Of a DNA stretch of 33,209 bases, positions 31,436 to 33,209 are shown piece after piece. The notes beneath the pieces were generated by a model that saw nothing but the letters and a program-made list of their open reading frames with translations, was not told the origin of the DNA and ran no database searches. Every line of letters starts with the position of its first letter. Within the stretch, counting starts at the first letter, position 1. A program made the position numbers and the translations under genes. Source of the DNA: Octopus bimaculoides (Eukaryota); assembly GCF_001194135.2 (NCBI RefSeq), contig NC_069003.1:18282502-18315710 (forward strand), written 5' to 3'.

Positions 31436-31507
31436 AACAGCCTAGGGAGTTGAACCCACATTCCTCGAGACACCGGCTGAGTGCTTTACTGTTAAGCTAA
31501 ACTGCCC
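31436..31507 (-). other. tRNA-like cloverleaf (tRNA pseudogene or isolated SINE head)
   Basis: GGGCAGTTTAGCTTAACAGTAAAGCACTCAGCCGGTGTCTCGAGGAATGTGGGTTCAACTCCCTAGGCTGTT has D stem GCTT/AAGC, B box GGTTCAACTCC and TTTTT about 10 nt downstream. Confidence 0.45.
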
Positions 31508-31860
31508 ACTGACAGCATTTCTGCTGATTTTAAGCACTAAAAAGATAGCTTTTTGAAATGTAACAACCACATATATATATAAAGAAACATTTGTTTTATA
31601 TATATATATAGGTATAAGTTAGAGGTGTTTAAAACCTCTAAGGGATGGTTAAATCCAAAGACGCTCATGGTGATTAGCTGTGTAGGTACAGTCCTTGGTA
31701 AGGGTAAACAGAAACGATGGTAGCAGGTAATTCAGTGGGTAAACCGTAGTTTAAATTACATGCAAGAAGAAAATATAGGAAAAATAACAGGAAGAAGTTG
31801 GTCGTTTGTGCTAGTAAGCCATTAATTTAATTAATTAATAAAGAATAGTGGTAGTAATAG

Positions 31861-31916
31861 TACATTTACGATCGTTTTTGTGTACTGGTTGTAGTGGTAG
31901 ACATCATCAGAATGCA
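31861..31916 (-). ncRNA. Minimal type I hammerhead motif in the PLE pseudo-LTR (G12A)
   Basis: TGCATT-CTGATGA-TGTCTAC CACTACAACCA GTACACA-AAAA-C GATC G-TA-AATGTA. Stem I 6 bp, stem II 6/7, palindromic stem III ACGATCGT. Confidence 0.7.
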
Positions 31917-32372
31917 TAGTCATTTGTAGAAGGATATATTGGTAATGAGAATAAAGACAAAGAATGGTGAGTCTTACATTATAGTAGATTTCACAGTTGA
32001 TAATTCTGCTGCGAAGTGGATGTAGGATGGAGGTTATTTTGATCTGTAGCCCGAGTTTAAGTAAGCACATATTTTCCACGTGTTTATTCTGGCTAGACTT
32101 TTCACTAATGGTGTAAAGAAAGTAGGTTAACTCTAACTCATTGTGAAAAGGGGACTAATTCTATCCGGATAGCTCAGTCTGGGGCGAGTAAGGTATTTAT
32201 GTGTCTTTTGGACTTAAAGTTGTAGGAAGTTCATAGTAATGGAGGAAACCCTGTGTAAGTGTAAAATAATTTAATATGGGGTGTGTAAAGCGAGTGAGAG
32301 TTGGGATGTGAATGTTTATGTGTAAGTAGTTTAAATGGTTCTCAGCTAAATGGCATTATTTAGATGATGAAA

Positions 32373-32926
32373 CTAGCGTAGGATTTGTACAGGGTCAAGC
32401 GGGTTTACCAATACTTGGAAAAGACAAAGAGGACTATATGTAGACAAAAAACTGTTCTCATATTTTCTATTAAGAAGAAGCGGTTTAGCCGTTAGAATTT
32501 CCAGGTGTTCAGTTAAACAGAGATCACACCGTCTATTTGTAGAGTTGTAAGTTGTTTTTGCGAGTATGCGCCATTTTAATCTATATTCTATTTTTTTTTG
32601 TCCTTAAGCTCCCAGATATAGCTACTAAGCCCTGTTGAATTTGCCTTACTCCTATTTCTGAAGCTAGATTGGTGTGCATTGTACCGAAGTATCATTTGGT
32701 TTTTCGTGGCTCCTATATAGGATTTTATATGACTATTTGTGTGTATGTCACATTGGTAAACTACGTTTTTAGTCTTACATCTATTAGAGAATTGGCACTT
32801 ACTTCTATCCCTACAACCACATAAATTATTAAGTATATCTGTGTTCGTGTTATGTTGTGATGAAAAGTCTAGCCAGGATATTAAATAATTTTTTTTGGTT
32901 GCTGGACTGAAAGTTAGGGAAGCCAT
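32373..32926 (-). pseudogene. Penelope GIY-YIG endonuclease domain, frameshifted
   Basis: CGCRDRSKCQFSNRCKTKNVVYQC..SYIGATK..RYNAHQSSF..STGLSSYIWELKDKK; after a frameshift in the A9 run (32591-32599) it continues IEYRLKWRILAKTTYNSTNRRCDLCLTEHLEIL..LLNRK. Confidence 0.85.
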
Positions 32927-33038
32927 TTAGGAATCATAATGAGTTTTGGAAGCTGATTTCTCCCAGAATAATATTGTGTTGGCAGCACATCACACCACCC
33001 ATTTGGTGTTAAAAGGCTTTTAGACTTATATTATTTCC

Positions 33039-33082
<44 letters not shown>

Positions 33083-33209
33083 GTCTATATGTCTGTCTAT
33101 CTGTCTGTCTGTCTGTCTATCTCTCCCTGCCCCTCTCTCTTTACATGTACACTCACATACATAAACCCACATCTGTGTGTGTGTGTGTATATATACATAT
33201 ATGCATATA

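Larger units (their letters stand above)
31560..33020 (-). mobile_element. Penelope-like element (PLE) 3' portion: GIY-YIG endonuclease plus pseudo-LTR with hammerhead
   Basis: See the GIY-YIG pseudogene and hammerhead features. The RT is absent because the element is 5'-truncated by a microsatellite at about 33020. Boundaries are approximate. Confidence 0.8.

Overview
AT-rich, microsatellite-dense eukaryotic genomic DNA from a gapped short-read assembly; most N runs abut simple repeats. From recognition of its SINE and RTE families it is probably an octopod cephalopod (Octopus); this is an inference and was not checked against a database. No intact host protein-coding gene can be supported, and most ORF-track entries are microsatellite or N-gap artefacts. 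The window is a transposon graveyard: two tRNA-derived SINE families (called A and B here), RTE-clade LINE ends, an R4/Dong-like RLE-endonuclease LINE 3' end, mariner and maT-like transposase pseudogenes, a Helitron helicase fragment, several MITEs and a Penelope-like element (GIY-YIG). Two things stand out. (1) There are four minimal type I hammerhead ribozyme motifs; three have no ORF nearby and one has a fully intact catalytic core (10844-10899). (2) A 5S rRNA pseudogene and a 5S 5' fragment face each other as a ~290-bp inverted duplication that includes the upstream spacer; it is masked by a 1.3-kb MITE insertion with a perfect 8-bp TSD. A CpG-retaining patch at ~1.25-2.35 kb and two splice-site-bounded segments hint at a possible + strand transcript, but this is weak.
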